Part shown: in pieces, positions 27,110-41,360 of the stretch
Numbering within the stretch: the first letter of the stretch is position 1
How the letters are laid out: each line of letters begins with the position of its first letter
DNA from: Eledone cirrhosa
Lineage: Eukaryota
Length of the DNA stretch: 64,000 nucleotides
Direction: 5' to 3'
Assembly (NCBI GenBank): GCA_964016885.1
Contig: OZ024746.1
Location: forward strand, 29,822,001 to 29,886,000
Notes under the pieces: model-generated
Seen by the model: the letters and a program-made list of their open reading frames with translations, nothing else
Databases searched by the model: none
What the model was told of the DNA's origin: nothing
Program-made: the position numbers and the translations under genes

Positions 27110-28310
27110 TTAATAAATTTCTTTAACATGTTCCTGAAATCATTTCCCAAATATTTCATCGAGTTTTCCCCATATTTCACCTAATATTTTCTTCAAAATA
27201 TTTTCAACTATTTTCTTTCATTTTTGCTTAACAAATTTTGCAAACATATTTCCCCAAATCATTGAAAAAGCATTCTTTTTTTCAAAGTATTTTTCAACAT
27301 TTACAAACATTTCCCCAAAGATTTTATGAAAATATTCCTCACATTGTTCATTTATTACCCTAAACATCTATTAAATATGCTCTGCAAAATTCTCTTTAAA
27401 ATTTTGTCAATATATTTTCCGAAATATTTCACAAAAAAATGTCTAAAGAATTTTCACAAAATATTTCAAAGTTATTGTCAAAATTTTTATAGAAATCTAC
27501 ATCAATGTTCTTTTTGTTTTATTTTTCTCAAAATCTTAAAATAATTCAAAAGAATTTTCTTCAGACTTTTATGAAATTTCACCAAGAATACTTTCAAATG
27601 TTTTGCCAAAATTATTCGAAATTCTTCTCAAAATTTTCCTCAAAAGTTACTACAAATATTTTTGCCAACTTATTATTAAACCTTTATCTGAATATTCAAA
27701 ATTAAAAAAAAATTAATTTACTTAAAATTATTTTCTAAGATCTTAATGAAAATTTTCCCAAGAAATTCTCTGAAATTTTTCTTCCAAACGTTTGCTGAAA
27801 GTTATTCCTCAAAAAATTTCAGAACGTTCTTTAAAGATTTTCTCGAATTTTTTCAAATATTTTCATCGAAAATTTCTCTTAAATTGTTCTCTAAATGTTT
27901 CTATTATTATCCTACAATGTTTCTTTACAATTTTAAAACATTTTGTAAAATATTTCACGAAACATTCTCTCAAAAAATTTATCGCAAATTTCTCAAAATG
28001 CTTTTACAATTATTTTTCCGAAAATTTTACATAACATCTTCATAAACTGCTCACAGAATGAAGATTTTCAAAATTATTTTATTGAAATTGAGGAAACCTT
28101 TATAATTTTAGATAGGTTCCTCTCAAAATATTGTATACGTCAATATTTTTGAAAAAATCCCCATCAAAACTTTCTTTAAAATTTTCCTTAAATTATCAAT
28201 GTTTCCTTAAAAGACTTCTCAAACATATTCCGCAAATGTTTTCAAATATTTCTCTAAAAACTCCCTTTAAAATTTCATCAAAATTGTCATTTAAAAAAAA
28301 TTATCCAAAA
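27110..28310. repeat. Low-complexity A/T-tract region
   Basis: Degenerate aaaattttct/tttcaaa units; F/K-rich spurious ORFs. Confidence 0.7.
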
Positions 28311-28676
28311 CCTGCGTTTCCTAGCTGGTAGACGACGCTCCAAAACATTTTAAACTCTATCCATTTATTGGTACTTAGCTTCTGATGAAGACGTTGGGTC
28401 GTATTCGTGCCAAATGTCTGTGCCATAGACATTTGAATCTGGCAGCGCTCTTCAGGCCTGCAATATAAAAGAGAGTAAGAGCTAGAGTTGTGTGTAGTAG
28501 GGATAATGAGAGAGGGAATATGTGCATGTGTGAATATGTGTGTGTGAGAGAGAAAGAGAAAGAGTACGTGTACATATCCCTATTTGAGAGAGAGTGTATG
28601 TGTATGTGTATGTGAGAAAAAGAGTGAGCGAGAGAAAAAGTATGTGTATGAGAAAGAGAGATAGATAGATAGAGAG

Positions 28677-28741
<65 letters not shown>

Positions 28742-29267
28742 ATATGTGTGTGTGTGTGAGTGTGTGTGTGAGCCTGTAGGTGCATGTGCGAGAAGAGAGT
28801 GGAAAAAAATATAGGGGACGAATCGATCCCAGGACTGGACAAGAAATTTATATTCGGCATTGAGATAAAAAAAAAGGCAACATTGCCTTACAAAAGTAGA
28901 AACTAACAACCCAAATCTAAACATGGATAGTATGATAAGTAACAACAGAGGTCATAAACTTTGGCTTATTTTCATAATCCTTCACCTACTTACACTAACA
29001 CGTTGAAAACAACAAGAGGAACAACACCAACGACGACGATGACTACAATACTTAAAACAACATCAACTAAAACAACCAGCTCCACCACTGTATCTTATGT
29101 TTGCATAAAAATAACAGAGAACAAACAGCAAACATAATCTTTTATAGACTATGTTACACTTGAATTAGTTTCTAGGGAGATGTAACAATTTCTATGATTC
29201 AAAATCTGAGAAAACATTTCTACAATATATATATAATCTGTTGCGAGAAATGTCGCTTCTGCCATTA

Positions 29268-29451
29268 TGGGTTGGCAGTATCGGTAGAGGGTCGGACGCC
29301 ATGCTTTGACGCATAGAGTTATGGCCCTTGCCATTCTGAGTTCAAATCCCGCCGAGGTTAACTTTGCCTTTCATCCTTACGGGGTCGATAAAATAAAGTA
29401 CCAGTAATGCACTGGGTAATTGCTGGCCTTGTGCCAAAAGTAGAAACAATT
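29268..29451 (+). mobile_element. SINE (major family), near-consensus full length
   Basis: gggttggcagtatcggtagagggtcggacgcc...GAGTTCAAATCC...tagaaacaatt. Confidence 0.9.
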
Positions 29452-29594
29452 ATGTATGTGTGTATGTATCTAAGTATGTATGTATATATGTATGTGTGTA
29501 TGTATGTAAGTGTGTGATTGTGTGTGTTTGTGCGTGTGTGTGTGTGCGCGAATGTATGCATGTATGTGCTTCTGGTTTTATTATTTTATAGATT

Positions 29595-29655
<61 letters not shown>

Positions 29656-32106
29656 TATATATTGATACATGGATGTGATGTAAGACAAAGACTGAAGTGA
29701 AATATGTAAAATAGTCTCACTTCTTAATATATATATATATATACAGTATATATGAGAGTGAGACACACACACAAGCACACACATAGAAAGTTACAAACAC
29801 AACCACATATACACATATACACCGACCACAGACATATATGTATATCTATGTGTGTGTGTGTGTGTGTATAATGTGCTCGTCCCAACGCTGACAATTATCA
29901 TAAGAGTCTTCGTCCTCTTAGCATACGAATTCCTGAGAGGGCTTTGTGTGTCGAGTCTTTAGACACACCTTCCAGAGGGACCTATCAAAAGACACCGCGT
30001 ATGAATGATACGGTTGTATGTGTGTTATCCAACCATGTAATTTGCAGGTAGTTTATTTTATCGAGTCTAGAATGATGAAACACAGATAACACCTGTCTAT
30101 TTCTCACAAGGTCGATGGAAGGAGGGTAGTTAGAAAAACGGGTTTGTAAAACAGCCGAGTTTAAGAAGAATCGGTTAAATCGAAGAAAAATCAGTCATGG
30201 AATTCAACAGTATAGAAAAAGAAGAAATCGAACTTTTCAGAGTTAGTCTACTGAGGGTCCAGCATATAACCCCGTGATAGAAGATTACGAAGGAAAGAGG
30301 GGTTTCGTGCCTTCTACCTCTCTATCCCCAGCATAGATGATACCCTTGCGCTAGAAATAGCAGCTGCAGTATAACTTCGTTTCTGGGTTCGACACATAGG
30401 AAAACAAATGAAATGGTCACGGCTGGAATGCCTTTGATTATAGATCTACATGATTAGATTTATCACGGAACTACACATCAACAATGAGTTTTTACACACA
30501 GCAATCCTTGATAGAAATAGTAGCTGGATCTTCCTCAAATCACCCTATGTCGGTTTGAAGAGGATATTATTAGGATGATATAGCATTGATTTTCCTGCAT
30601 ATATGAAAAAATAATGGAATGGGATGGTCAAAACTGGAATAATCTCTCAGGATTTCCCGGGGCTAAACGACAATAACAATGAAAAAGTTTCCCCAACAAT
30701 CATCACAGCAATTTTTTTTTTTTTTGTTTATTTGAAATCGTAATACGAAATGGTTTATAATGCTATGAAGAAGCGAAATTAAAAGCGAAAAGAATTAGAC
30801 TGCTTCGGCTATTGAATAAAAATCAATACTGTATTGAGGACAGTGTCCATTATTTCAATAGCGTTTGTTATGATTGAAATGATATACTGTAAAGACACCG
30901 ACCGATTTCCAAACAACTATTGACGTAGACACGTTCGGAAAAATAGTTATACTAGTGTCTGTGAATTATGGTAGAGACTATCACGAAAGCTTTTGTTAAC
31001 ATTGAATATCTCAATGTATTTCTGCTGGAAGTTTCATAGTGTTCATGATATAATATAAACAACTAAACAACTCTAGATGTATTAATAGTAACTAGCCATC
31101 TTCGTTCATGACTGACCATAGAGTAGCTTCTGTAAAGTTCCTCTCCATGGCACAGGTCTATGTATGATGTTTTGTGGAAGAGCAGCAGTCACCTATGCAT
31201 AATAGTTTCACTTCTCCCGGTCAACAAAGACCATCATAGCTTGGCACCAGTGTCATCGCAACCCATATATAAACTACCTAGACGCACTATATATACTCTA
31301 TATAAGATGCCCAAAGGAAATGCATAGGCCGATACATCTTGGTTCTAATATCGCCGTGGCTCATTATTCCCAGCTGAGAGAACTGGAGCAACGAGAAATA
31401 AAGTGTCGTGCTCAAGGACGGTGAATCCAATTCATGACTAGTCGAATTTGAACCCAAGACTTAAACAATAAGCCAGACACCTTCACAATAAATGTTGGTT
31501 AATTTGTTAATATAAAATTAAATTGATGAACAGTAACGAAAATAATTATTTAGGTTGTGAGGAAAGGATGGAGCGACAGTGAAACATAGATTAGAGACGG
31601 CATGCTAATAGACATACATAAATTAAGAAGACGTTTATAAGAAATACATTGAAGATATTCCCGGCTGACAACAGGCTGGTGGATACGATAATGGGTTCTT
31701 CAGCATTTCTTGAAATATGCCAAATGAAGCTTGGATTGTTGGAGTTTATGATAGAGCATATGGTGTGTGGACATAAAGATGGTGTGCTTGTATAACGGGT
31801 TGGAGTTTATGATAGAGCACATGGTGTGTAGACATGAGGTTGGTATGCTTGTTTAAACACGTGTGTTTGTGGTAGAGTACATGGTGTATGTACATGACGA
31901 TGTGGTAGTTGTATAACGGGTGTGGATCACACAGGCGGAACCTGATAACGGAAACACGATACCATAAATTCCCTTTAACACTTAACTTAAGTGCATTAAT
32001 AGATTTTTCCCTCACCAACAACTCCGTATTATAGACTATTGTAATACAAAATGATTTTAAATGTTTTACCATCGTCTATAAATAAAGAGTTTTCTCTCTC
32101 TCTCCC

Positions 32107-32195
<89 letters not shown>

Positions 32196-32293
32196 ATATA
32201 TATATATATATGGTATGTAGGTATGTGTATATATATCTATATATATGTGTGTGCGTATGTATGCGTGCATATTTGTGTGTATGTATGCGTGTG

Positions 32294-32348
<55 letters not shown>

Positions 32349-32384
32349 ATATATATGTGTGTTTGTGTATTTATGTGTATGTAT

Positions 32385-32541
<157 letters not shown>

Positions 32542-32850
32542 CATGTGTGTGTGTGCGCGCGTGTGTGTGCATGTGTGTTTATCTACTTTTATTTTTATTC
32601 TTTTTCTCCTTTCCTTCTTCTTCCTCCAGCCTCACTTTCATATATATTATATTTTTGTTTTTCAAAGCCACTGTCAATAAATACACCAGCATTTTTTCAT
32701 TCTGATGACTGAAAGCAAATTTGTTTGCTTTCAAGAAACCACTGGTAAATGAAATAATTGTCTTATGTTGTTTATTACATAACTAATAAGCTCTGTAACC
32801 TACATAGAGCACTCTTTTTTCCTGGACCTTTCCGACGGAATTACTTCATT

Positions 32851-32894
<44 letters not shown>

Positions 32895-32918
32895 ATATAT
32901 ATATATATATTTAATATA

Positions 32919-32968
<50 letters not shown>

Positions 32969-33479
32969 GAGAGAGAGAGAGAGAGAGAGGGGGAGAGAGA
33001 GAGGAGTGAGAAAGACTGAGAGAGAGCAAGAGAGAGAGAGGGAGGGAGAGATTTGTAAATCTTTATTTTGCCGGTGACTTTAGAATGGACTTCACTATAC
33101 GAGTAGTTTCATTCGCGTAACAACCATGCTGGTTCTCTCCTCCTCTCTCTCTCTTTCCCTTTCCCTTTCCTAAGCATTCTCTGATACTGACTTTATTCTG
33201 ACCCTTTCTTGTATTTTTGTTACTGACCTTGATCCAGATAACTGCCTAACGGTTGCTATTGTATATACACTCTTGGCTTTTAACACGTCACATCATTTTT
33301 GTGTTTGAATTTACACTTTCTGTAATGTTAATCCGATAAAATACTTATTTCTATTCACAGGTACTGTTTATTTTCTATTTTATTAATTTGCTGTTGTGTT
33401 GTGTTATGTCACTCCAGTGACAATATTTCTTTAAAAATGTGTATGACCTGTCTAACATAGTGCAAGCCTTTCCTAACTT

Positions 33480-34070
33480 AGTATTTTATTGCAAATTTGT
33501 GAACAATACTATCGTAAGAAATAGAAAAAAAGTGACGCTCAAACGAGTATCTTCCACTTCCAACTAACTTACCCTCAGTATCTGGTACCCAGCCGACAGG
33601 ATGGAGAATACATTGTCCCGAAGAACGACGTGCGAGACGCGCTGGAACAACCACTCCACCTCGCGGGCTCGCAACAGCGGGTGGCCAACTCCGTTCGGAT
33701 AGCAGTGAGTAGCGGTGTGGTCCGGGGTCCAAGAACGCCGGAAGTCTCCATTACCACAAACATATCTGAGAGCAGCCGATACTTGGACAGTTTGTCCTCT
33801 TCGGTTTGGTGGGCAGCAGAGCATGGGCTGGTAGCCGAACGCATCAGGTTAACACTTGAGTAAGTATGACAGCATGGATCCTACCTGCGCACGGATCCTA
33901 CTTGCGCAATACGGGAAGATTGTGATGCCATCTGGCCTTTTGCTGTCCCCTCGATCCAACCATGCTGTCTCAAGCTGGGGATAGGAGGTTGAGCAGAAAC
34001 ATGCCACACGGTGCTGGTTGAGGGGCGCACCGGCTCGACTGAAATCCTGTTGCTAGTTTCGACTCGACAA
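33480..34070 (-). mobile_element. CRE-like (RLE) non-LTR retrotransposon 3' fragment, frameshifted
   Basis: KRPDGITIFPY..SAAHQTEEDKLSKYRLL..VMETSGVLGP..EWLFQRVSHVVLRDNVFSIL. Confidence 0.75.
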
Positions 34071-34084
34071 TCACCCTACATCAT

Positions 34085-34520
34085 TTTGTCTGACACCTAG
34101 CATAGTCTTTACCGGGGACGTTTAACAAAGAGATCCCTCTGTAATTGGAACAATCTCTCTTGTTCCCCTTTCTGAAAATTGAGATTATCATTCGCGATTG
34201 TCATAGCTTAGGTGCTTTTCCAGAGATCCAGGCTACTCGGCACACACGAGTCAGCCAGAGAATACTTTCTCTACTTAAGGCTTTTAATATCTCTGTTCGG
34301 ATTTCATTTTCCCGAGCTATCTTTCCACATTTGAGCTCTTTAACTGCTCTTGTGGCCTCAACTTCTGATTGATTAATCAGAACACACAGATGTACCCTGT
34401 ATACATCAATCGATGCTCTTGTGATCGAGTTTAGAAGATCAGCAAAGTATTCTCTCCACCTCACTGTGATGAACTTCTCTGAAGAAAGGAGTACCTCGGA
34501 CGCTTTTCTGATAGCAGGTC
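34085..34520 (-). mobile_element. RTE-clade LINE RT fragment
   Basis: RWREYFADLLN..AVKELKCGK..EIRTEILKAL..IFRKGNKRDCSNYRGISLLNVPGK. Confidence 0.85.
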
Positions 34521-34705
34521 GTGAGGAGGACTTCTTATCACGAAGTCTTCGCCTGGTCTGCCAAAATACATTATTTCTTTAAACAGTTGATGATATCACA
34601 CTGGTGTAACGATTACATAACCCACCATATTATTGCGATACGTATAATGAAATATATACAATTATGTAAACATAACATCTGTCTTAACGTTATTTCGTTT
34701 GTATA

Positions 34706-34757
<52 letters not shown>

Positions 34758-34786
34758 TGTGTGTGTATGTGTGTAAGTGTGTGTGG

Positions 34787-34836
<50 letters not shown>

Positions 34837-34842
<6 letters not shown>

Positions 34843-35187
34843 CGTAAAATAAGAAAACTTTAAAAAATTAACTTACTTACTAAAATTTTCACTCCAACTA
34901 ATTAGTTTCTGCAATGGGATAAAGACAGTTACGTAATAAGCTGTCGAGAATTCATTGCGTCATCAGGGAGTCTATTCTCAGCTAAGTCTCCAGGCAATGC
35001 GCGGACACTGGGGACTCATATAAAAATAATAATAATTCGGTAGATGGAACAGCTAGCGGGGACTGGATTCCATGCACTGAAAAGCTCGCTGCCACTGGTC
35101 AAATGGCAGATTCTAAAGAATCTATCACGTGACACTGAGGCAAGTCGGTAGGAGTGGGATGGTAAGATGACAGAAGCCTACTAACAC
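34837..35187 (-). mobile_element. 5'-truncated copy of the 561-bp HHR element in (TA)n (HHR at 34891-34971)
   Basis: Same 3' junction and HHR as 18014, with some substitutions. Confidence 0.85.
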
Positions 35188-36765
35188 ATATATATATATA
35201 TAGAGAGAGAGAGGGAGAGTTCCACAACAAATTGGCATACCGAAGCGTCCTTTGAACTTAGTGCTCTACCTACTACGGATTCAACATCGCGGTTATTTAC
35301 CACTATATATATATATATATATAACTCAGGGGTTGCTGAGGTTTGGAATGGCGTTGACTATAGGTTTGCTCGAGATGAGCCAACATGTGTCTAGGCAACA
35401 ACAATAACACCACCAGCAATCACAACCTCATCAGTATTGAAAGCAAGAGTACCAATATCAGGAACAACAAAACTCGAAACTAACGTCACCAGAAAGAAAC
35501 CCACGAACAACAATACCAACACCAACATTAAACAACTCCTCCAACAACCATACCACTGACCACAACGGTACCAACAATAACCAATCCATCAATATACTAA
35601 CAAAAACAAGACCACCATCAATAGCACCGCCAGCTCCAATAACAACACCAAAAGATACAACACCAAGAATGACTGAAATTGGAACTCAGAACGCGGTTTC
35701 TGTTCAACAACGTTTCTTTCATTCCGAAGTAATTGTTATAATTCTTTTTTGGCTAAACACCAACGTTTTTGCTGAAATTGTACAATCGATTACATCGTTT
35801 GAATTCGATTATATATGCTTGTTATTAGCGTCTTCCCCATGAGAAGTAAAAAAAAAAATCAATATTTTGCTCCTATAGGATTTGATCTCAGAACGTAAAG
35901 CGTAGTTAAATGTTAGCAATTGTTCAGTAATGAATTACCACTGGTTTTGACTGGTCGCCTGTCGGTTCCACTTTGAGCTACGATATACAATTCTATTTAT
36001 TAACTATTTCAACGAGAGAACAGATATAGGAATGAAGATAGGAGCTGAGGAAAAGAAGAACACGAAAGAGACAAAGAGGACTACAAAGATTGAGAGCAGT
36101 GAGAGGAAAATAATTAGAGGAGGAAAGAGATAGTTAGGGAGAAATGTTGAGAAAAAGCATGTGAGGAAGATAGAGGCGGGAAAAGAATTAGAGGGAATGA
36201 TAAAAAACCGGAGGGAAAGAGAGAAACAGAGACAGCTAGAGAGAGAGGGAGAGGGAGGGAGAGAGGGAGAGGGAGGGAGAGAGGGAGAGGGAGGGAGAGA
36301 GACAGAGAGAGAAAGATGATAAGAATGAGAGAAAGAACTTTATAATTGCTTCCAATGTTATACTGAAGGATATTTCGTGAAACAAATATTTTTGGCAATT
36401 TTCTCTTCTTCAAGTGTAAATATTCCGAGAATAATTTCATAGCCGAGTTCATGTTCCTGCATGCAATGTCAGAACCATTATTTCCATTGAAGTCTTGAAA
36501 TAATCATGATAAATGTGATACGAGATTCTTTAGCAATGTTGCTGAACCTCCATCGTTTCTCAGTAGAATCTTCCAGTTGTTCGAACAACAGAAAACGTTG
36601 TTTTTATAGATAAAGTATAATTAGCTCTGAATTCCGAGGACACCTTAACTTCATTCTCGGGGAGATTCAGTGTGACATTGTATCTGACATTGCTGACCCT
36701 TTCAACTATAGGTACAACTCATTTTTACAGTTGAATAAACTGTGTGAGGAAAGGCGAGGGGTGGG

Positions 36766-38664
36766 GAAGAAGAAGAAGAAGAAGAAGGAGGAGGAGAAGA
36801 AGAAGAAGAAGAAGAAGAAGAAGAAGAAGAAGAAGAAGAAGAAGAAGAAGAAGAAGAAGAAGAAGAAGAAGAAGAAGAAGAAGGAGGAGGAGGAGAAGGA
36901 AAAGAAGAAGAAGGGTGAGGCGGAGGAAGAGGAGGAAGATGAGGAAGACTACTGTAGATGGGGATTGTACAGGGCGTGGATTACAGTAGAAAGGAGACTA
37001 CTGTAAAGGGAGGGGAACTATGGAGAGCGAGGACTGTAGAGGAAGGATAAATAATGTAGGAGGACTGCAGTGGGAGGAGTATGGTAAAGGGACGTTCACT
37101 GTAGACAGAGGAATGCAGAGGAAGTACTCTATGTCTGAGGTTATAATATTTGTATTAAACTCCTCCTGTGTAGGCCTCAATGATGAGTATTTAGATTCTT
37201 GATTCTAGACCTTCCATCAATTCAACTGCATACTCATTGTTTTAGAGTGTAATGCATTCTTTTTCATCTTTTCCTTCATCCATTGATTCCTGGGAACGCC
37301 ATGGGAGTAGAGTCCTCAAGCGCCTTGCAGCAGGTTCTATGAGAAGTAACTATCTCCAATTGATCAGGTTCAATCCCCAAATCAGACCAGCCGAGATCAT
37401 TAATGTTATCCAACCATCTTTCTCTTGGGTCTCCTGCAGTATGGTTTACACTTCGGAAGTAGCACAGCAAACCAAATATTCACACTGTGGGAGTATTGCC
37501 AAGGAAAACTATTGTAGAAGGAGGATTGTAGCGGAGGAGGAGGCGCAGAAGGAGGCGTAGCAGGCGGAAGAGGAGGACGAGAAAGAGGAGGCCGAGGGGG
37601 AGGAGAAGGAGGTGGAAGGAGGTGGAAGAAGAAGAAGAAGAAGAAGAAGAAGAAGAAGAAGAAGAAGAAGAAGAAGAAGAAGAAGAAGAAGAAGAAGAAG
37701 AAGAAGGAGGAGAAGGAAAAGAAGAAGAAGGGTGAGGCGGAGGAAGAGGAGGAAGAGGGGGAAGACTACTGTAGATGGGGATTGTACAGGGCGTGGATTA
37801 CAGTAGAAAGGAGACTACTGTAAAGGGAGGGGAACTATGGAGACGAGGACTGTAGAGGAAGGATAAATAATGTAGAAGGACTGCAGTGGGAGGAGTATGG
37901 TAAAGGGACGTTCACTGTAGACAGAGGAATGCAGAGGAAGTACTCTATGTCTGAGGTTATAATATTTGTATTAAACTCCTCCTGTGTAGGCCTCAATGAT
38001 GAGTATTTAGATTATTGATTCTAGACCTTCCATCAATTCAACTGCATACTCATTGTTTTAGAGTGTAATGCATTCTTTTTCATCTTTTCCTTCATCCATT
38101 GATTCCTGGGAACGCCATGGGAGTAGAGTCCTCAAGCGCGCCTTGCAGCAGGTTCTATGAGAAGTAACTATCTCCAATTGATCAGGTTCAATCCCCAAAT
38201 CAGACCAGCCGAGATCATTAATGTTATCCAACCATCTTTCTCTTGGGTCTCCTGCAGTATGGTTTACACTTCGGAAGTAGCACAGCAAACCAAATATTCA
38301 CACTGTGGGAGTATTGCCAAGGAAGACTATTGTAGAAGGAGGATTGTAGTGGAGGAGGAGGTGCAGAAGGAGGCGTAGCAGGCGGAAGAGGAGGACGAGA
38401 AAGAGGAGGCGGAGGGGGAGGAGAAGGAGGTGGAAGAGGTGGAAGAAGAAGAAGAAGAAGAAGAAGAAGAAGAAGAAGAAGAAGAAGAAGAAGAAGAAGA
38501 AGAAGAAGAAGAAGAAGAAGAAGACGAAGAAGAAGAAGAAGAAGAAGAAGAAGAAGAAGAAGAAGAAGAAGAAGAAGAAGAAGAAGAAGAAGAAGAAGAA
38601 AAAGAAAAATAAGAAGAAGAAGAAAAAGAAAAAGAAAAAGAAGAAGAAGAAGAAGAAGAAGAAG
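36766..38664. repeat. ~817-bp tandem duplication bounded by (GAA)n tracts; each unit contains an RTE 3' end on the minus strand
   Basis: gaagactactgtagatgggg at 36944 and 37761; GDPRERWLDNINDLGWSDLGI in both units; three GAA tracts. Confidence 0.9.
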
Positions 38665-38886
38665 AGTTTGTAGTTACATATGTAGAACAAGTTAGTATGT
38701 AGGAGCAGTAATTGGATGCTGGCGTTATTTGGCTGCACCCGGCTCCTCCAACCTCGCCTCTCTATAATAGGTTTTCAAACTTTTTCACTTGAACCACAGT
38801 ATTGTATTACTTTCTCTGTATTGTCTTTAACATATACAAGTGTCATCTGAAACAAGAAACTAATTTTGTCATTACAAATCTCTCTC

Positions 38887-39031
<145 letters not shown>

Positions 39032-39308
39032 CTATATCTATCTATCTCTATCTATCTCTCATTGTCCTCAACTCTCTTCTCAGCAGAGGACCTCACGCAG
39101 TGTGGCAGACTTTCGAGACCATTGTAGCATTATTAAAACATTTAAACATCAACAACAACAAAAAAGTTAAAGGAGCGCCGTGTACACACTGATACATCCA
39201 AAGTAAAAGAAAGGCCACTTGGATAAATATTTACATATATTATATTATATATTGTGTTATATATATATGTGTGTGTGTGAGTGTGTGCGTGTGCGTGTGT
39301 ATTTGTGT

Positions 39309-39369
<61 letters not shown>

Positions 39370-39419
39370 ACCGGTGTGTTTGTGTAAGTCTACTATATAT
39401 ATGCAATATATATATATAT

Positions 39420-39459
<40 letters not shown>

Positions 39460-39542
39460 GAACAAATATATATATATATAAATGCATCTATATATATATA
39501 CTTATATATATATATATGTATATACTATGCCATATATATGCA

Positions 39543-39587
<45 letters not shown>

Positions 39588-40249
39588 GATATATTTAAAA
39601 TGGCTGTAAATGATGCAAATGCGTTTTCAATTCAACAGCTGTTTCGGAAGCTTACTAACAGAGAAGCAAAATAAAGACAAAAACAAAAATAAATGATAAC
39701 TTCCTTGCGGCATTAAACTGACAGAAGAGACGGTCGAGTTGGTTACTTATTGAACGACGACATATCAATATTTACTAAGCTTCACAAGACAAGGCCACCG
39801 ATATCCTACACACACACGGCAACAGATTTTTACAATTACTGAAGTGACAACTATTCACAGTTTACAATCAAATTCGTTATTTGTTTTTTCCAAAGTGTCT
39901 TGTGGATGCCGTATGATCGAATGGTTGAGGAGTTAACTTCGCAACCGTTCCGTACTGGGATCAATTCCACTCGGAGATATCTCGGACAAGTATCATTTAT
40001 CAAAGCATGGTGTGGGAACATGGCTGTGAAATTAGGGAGACGACACTGTTTGGAACTCAGCGGTTGGACTGTTCCTGTAATTCAACGGGTCAGACTTGTT
40101 GCAGATTGTGGCAAACTGAAGTCTGTGAGAACTATTTTAAGCGAGTACATATCTCCGGAATATTCGACCACCTACACTATGGTACACCATGGACTCTACC
40201 TGTAACCAATTGGTGAAGCTTTCACAAATTGTGTCACACTGAATCTTCA

Positions 40250-41054
40250 TGAGAACTATGGCCAGAGGGTACGTGACCATCGACTGTACCTGTAATTCAA
40301 GGGGTCAGTCATGTCACACTCACTTTGCCAATTTGTTTTTGTGATCACGTGTATGTTGCAGCTTGGTATTTTATCATGAACAAGAAGTTGGAATAAAGAG
40401 CCATCGTGAAATTTTGCGTTCAACTTGGGAAGACTACTACAGAGACATTGAGCATGCTTCAGCAACGGGTCGTACACAATATTTCGAGTGGCACGGGCGC
40501 ATCAAAAGCGGGAGAACGTCTCTGGAATATGACGAAAGATCTGGAAGACCTGCCACAAGTATCATCCACAGCAATGTGGAGAAATATAAACAGATCATCG
40601 GAAACAATTTAAGATATTGCTGATGCTTTGATGGAGGACATTCGGTGAGAGCGACCGGATCTGTGGAGCGCGAAATATTGGATTATTCACGACGACAAGG
40701 CACTGTACTCAAGCTCTCCTCACTAGTGAGTTTCTCGCCAAAAGAAAAACATTGTATCGCTTCCAAACCCACCTCATTCGCCAGAATTAGCACACGCCGA
40801 CTTCCATCTCTATTTCAAGCTGAAAATGCAGCTCAAAGGTCACCATTTTAACACTGTTGCTGAGATCCAGAGCGATTCACAGAAGGCCCTCGACTCACAT
40901 ACGAAAGCAACTTCCAGACCGGATTCCAAAAGTGGCAGCTGATATATTCCTGCGCAAGGTGACTATTTCGAACTAGATGGTGTTAACACTTAGGTAAATA
41001 TATTATTTAATCATTTAAACATGATGCTCCGGGAAATGTTTGATACCACCTCAT
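40250..41054 (+). mobile_element. Degenerate mariner (Tc1/mariner) element with internal deletion
   Basis: KFCVQLGKTTTETLSMLQ..FEWHGRIKSGRTSLEYDERSGRP; C-terminal HSPELAHADFHLYFKLKMQLKG; right TIR-like end gataccacctcata abutting TA. Confidence 0.8.
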
Positions 41055-41078
41055 ATATATATATATAGTAATATTTTA

Positions 41079-41182
<104 letters not shown>

Positions 41183-41208
41183 ATATATAAATATATATAT
41201 ATATATAA

Positions 41209-41360
<152 letters not shown>

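Noticed and set aside
28382-28460. CTGATGA (+) and CTGAAGA (-) with an internal hairpin
   Set aside because: No properly placed GAAA and no stem I pairing.
29268-29360. tRNA genes at SINE heads
   Set aside because: A/B boxes are present but there is no cloverleaf; always followed by the SINE body.
32702-32735. CTGATGA-CT-GAAA followed by a hairpin
   Set aside because: No stem II or stem I; probably chance.
39627-39721. Minus-strand GAAACAGCTGTT with plausible stems
   Set aside because: No recognisable CUGANGA core; at best a dead relic.
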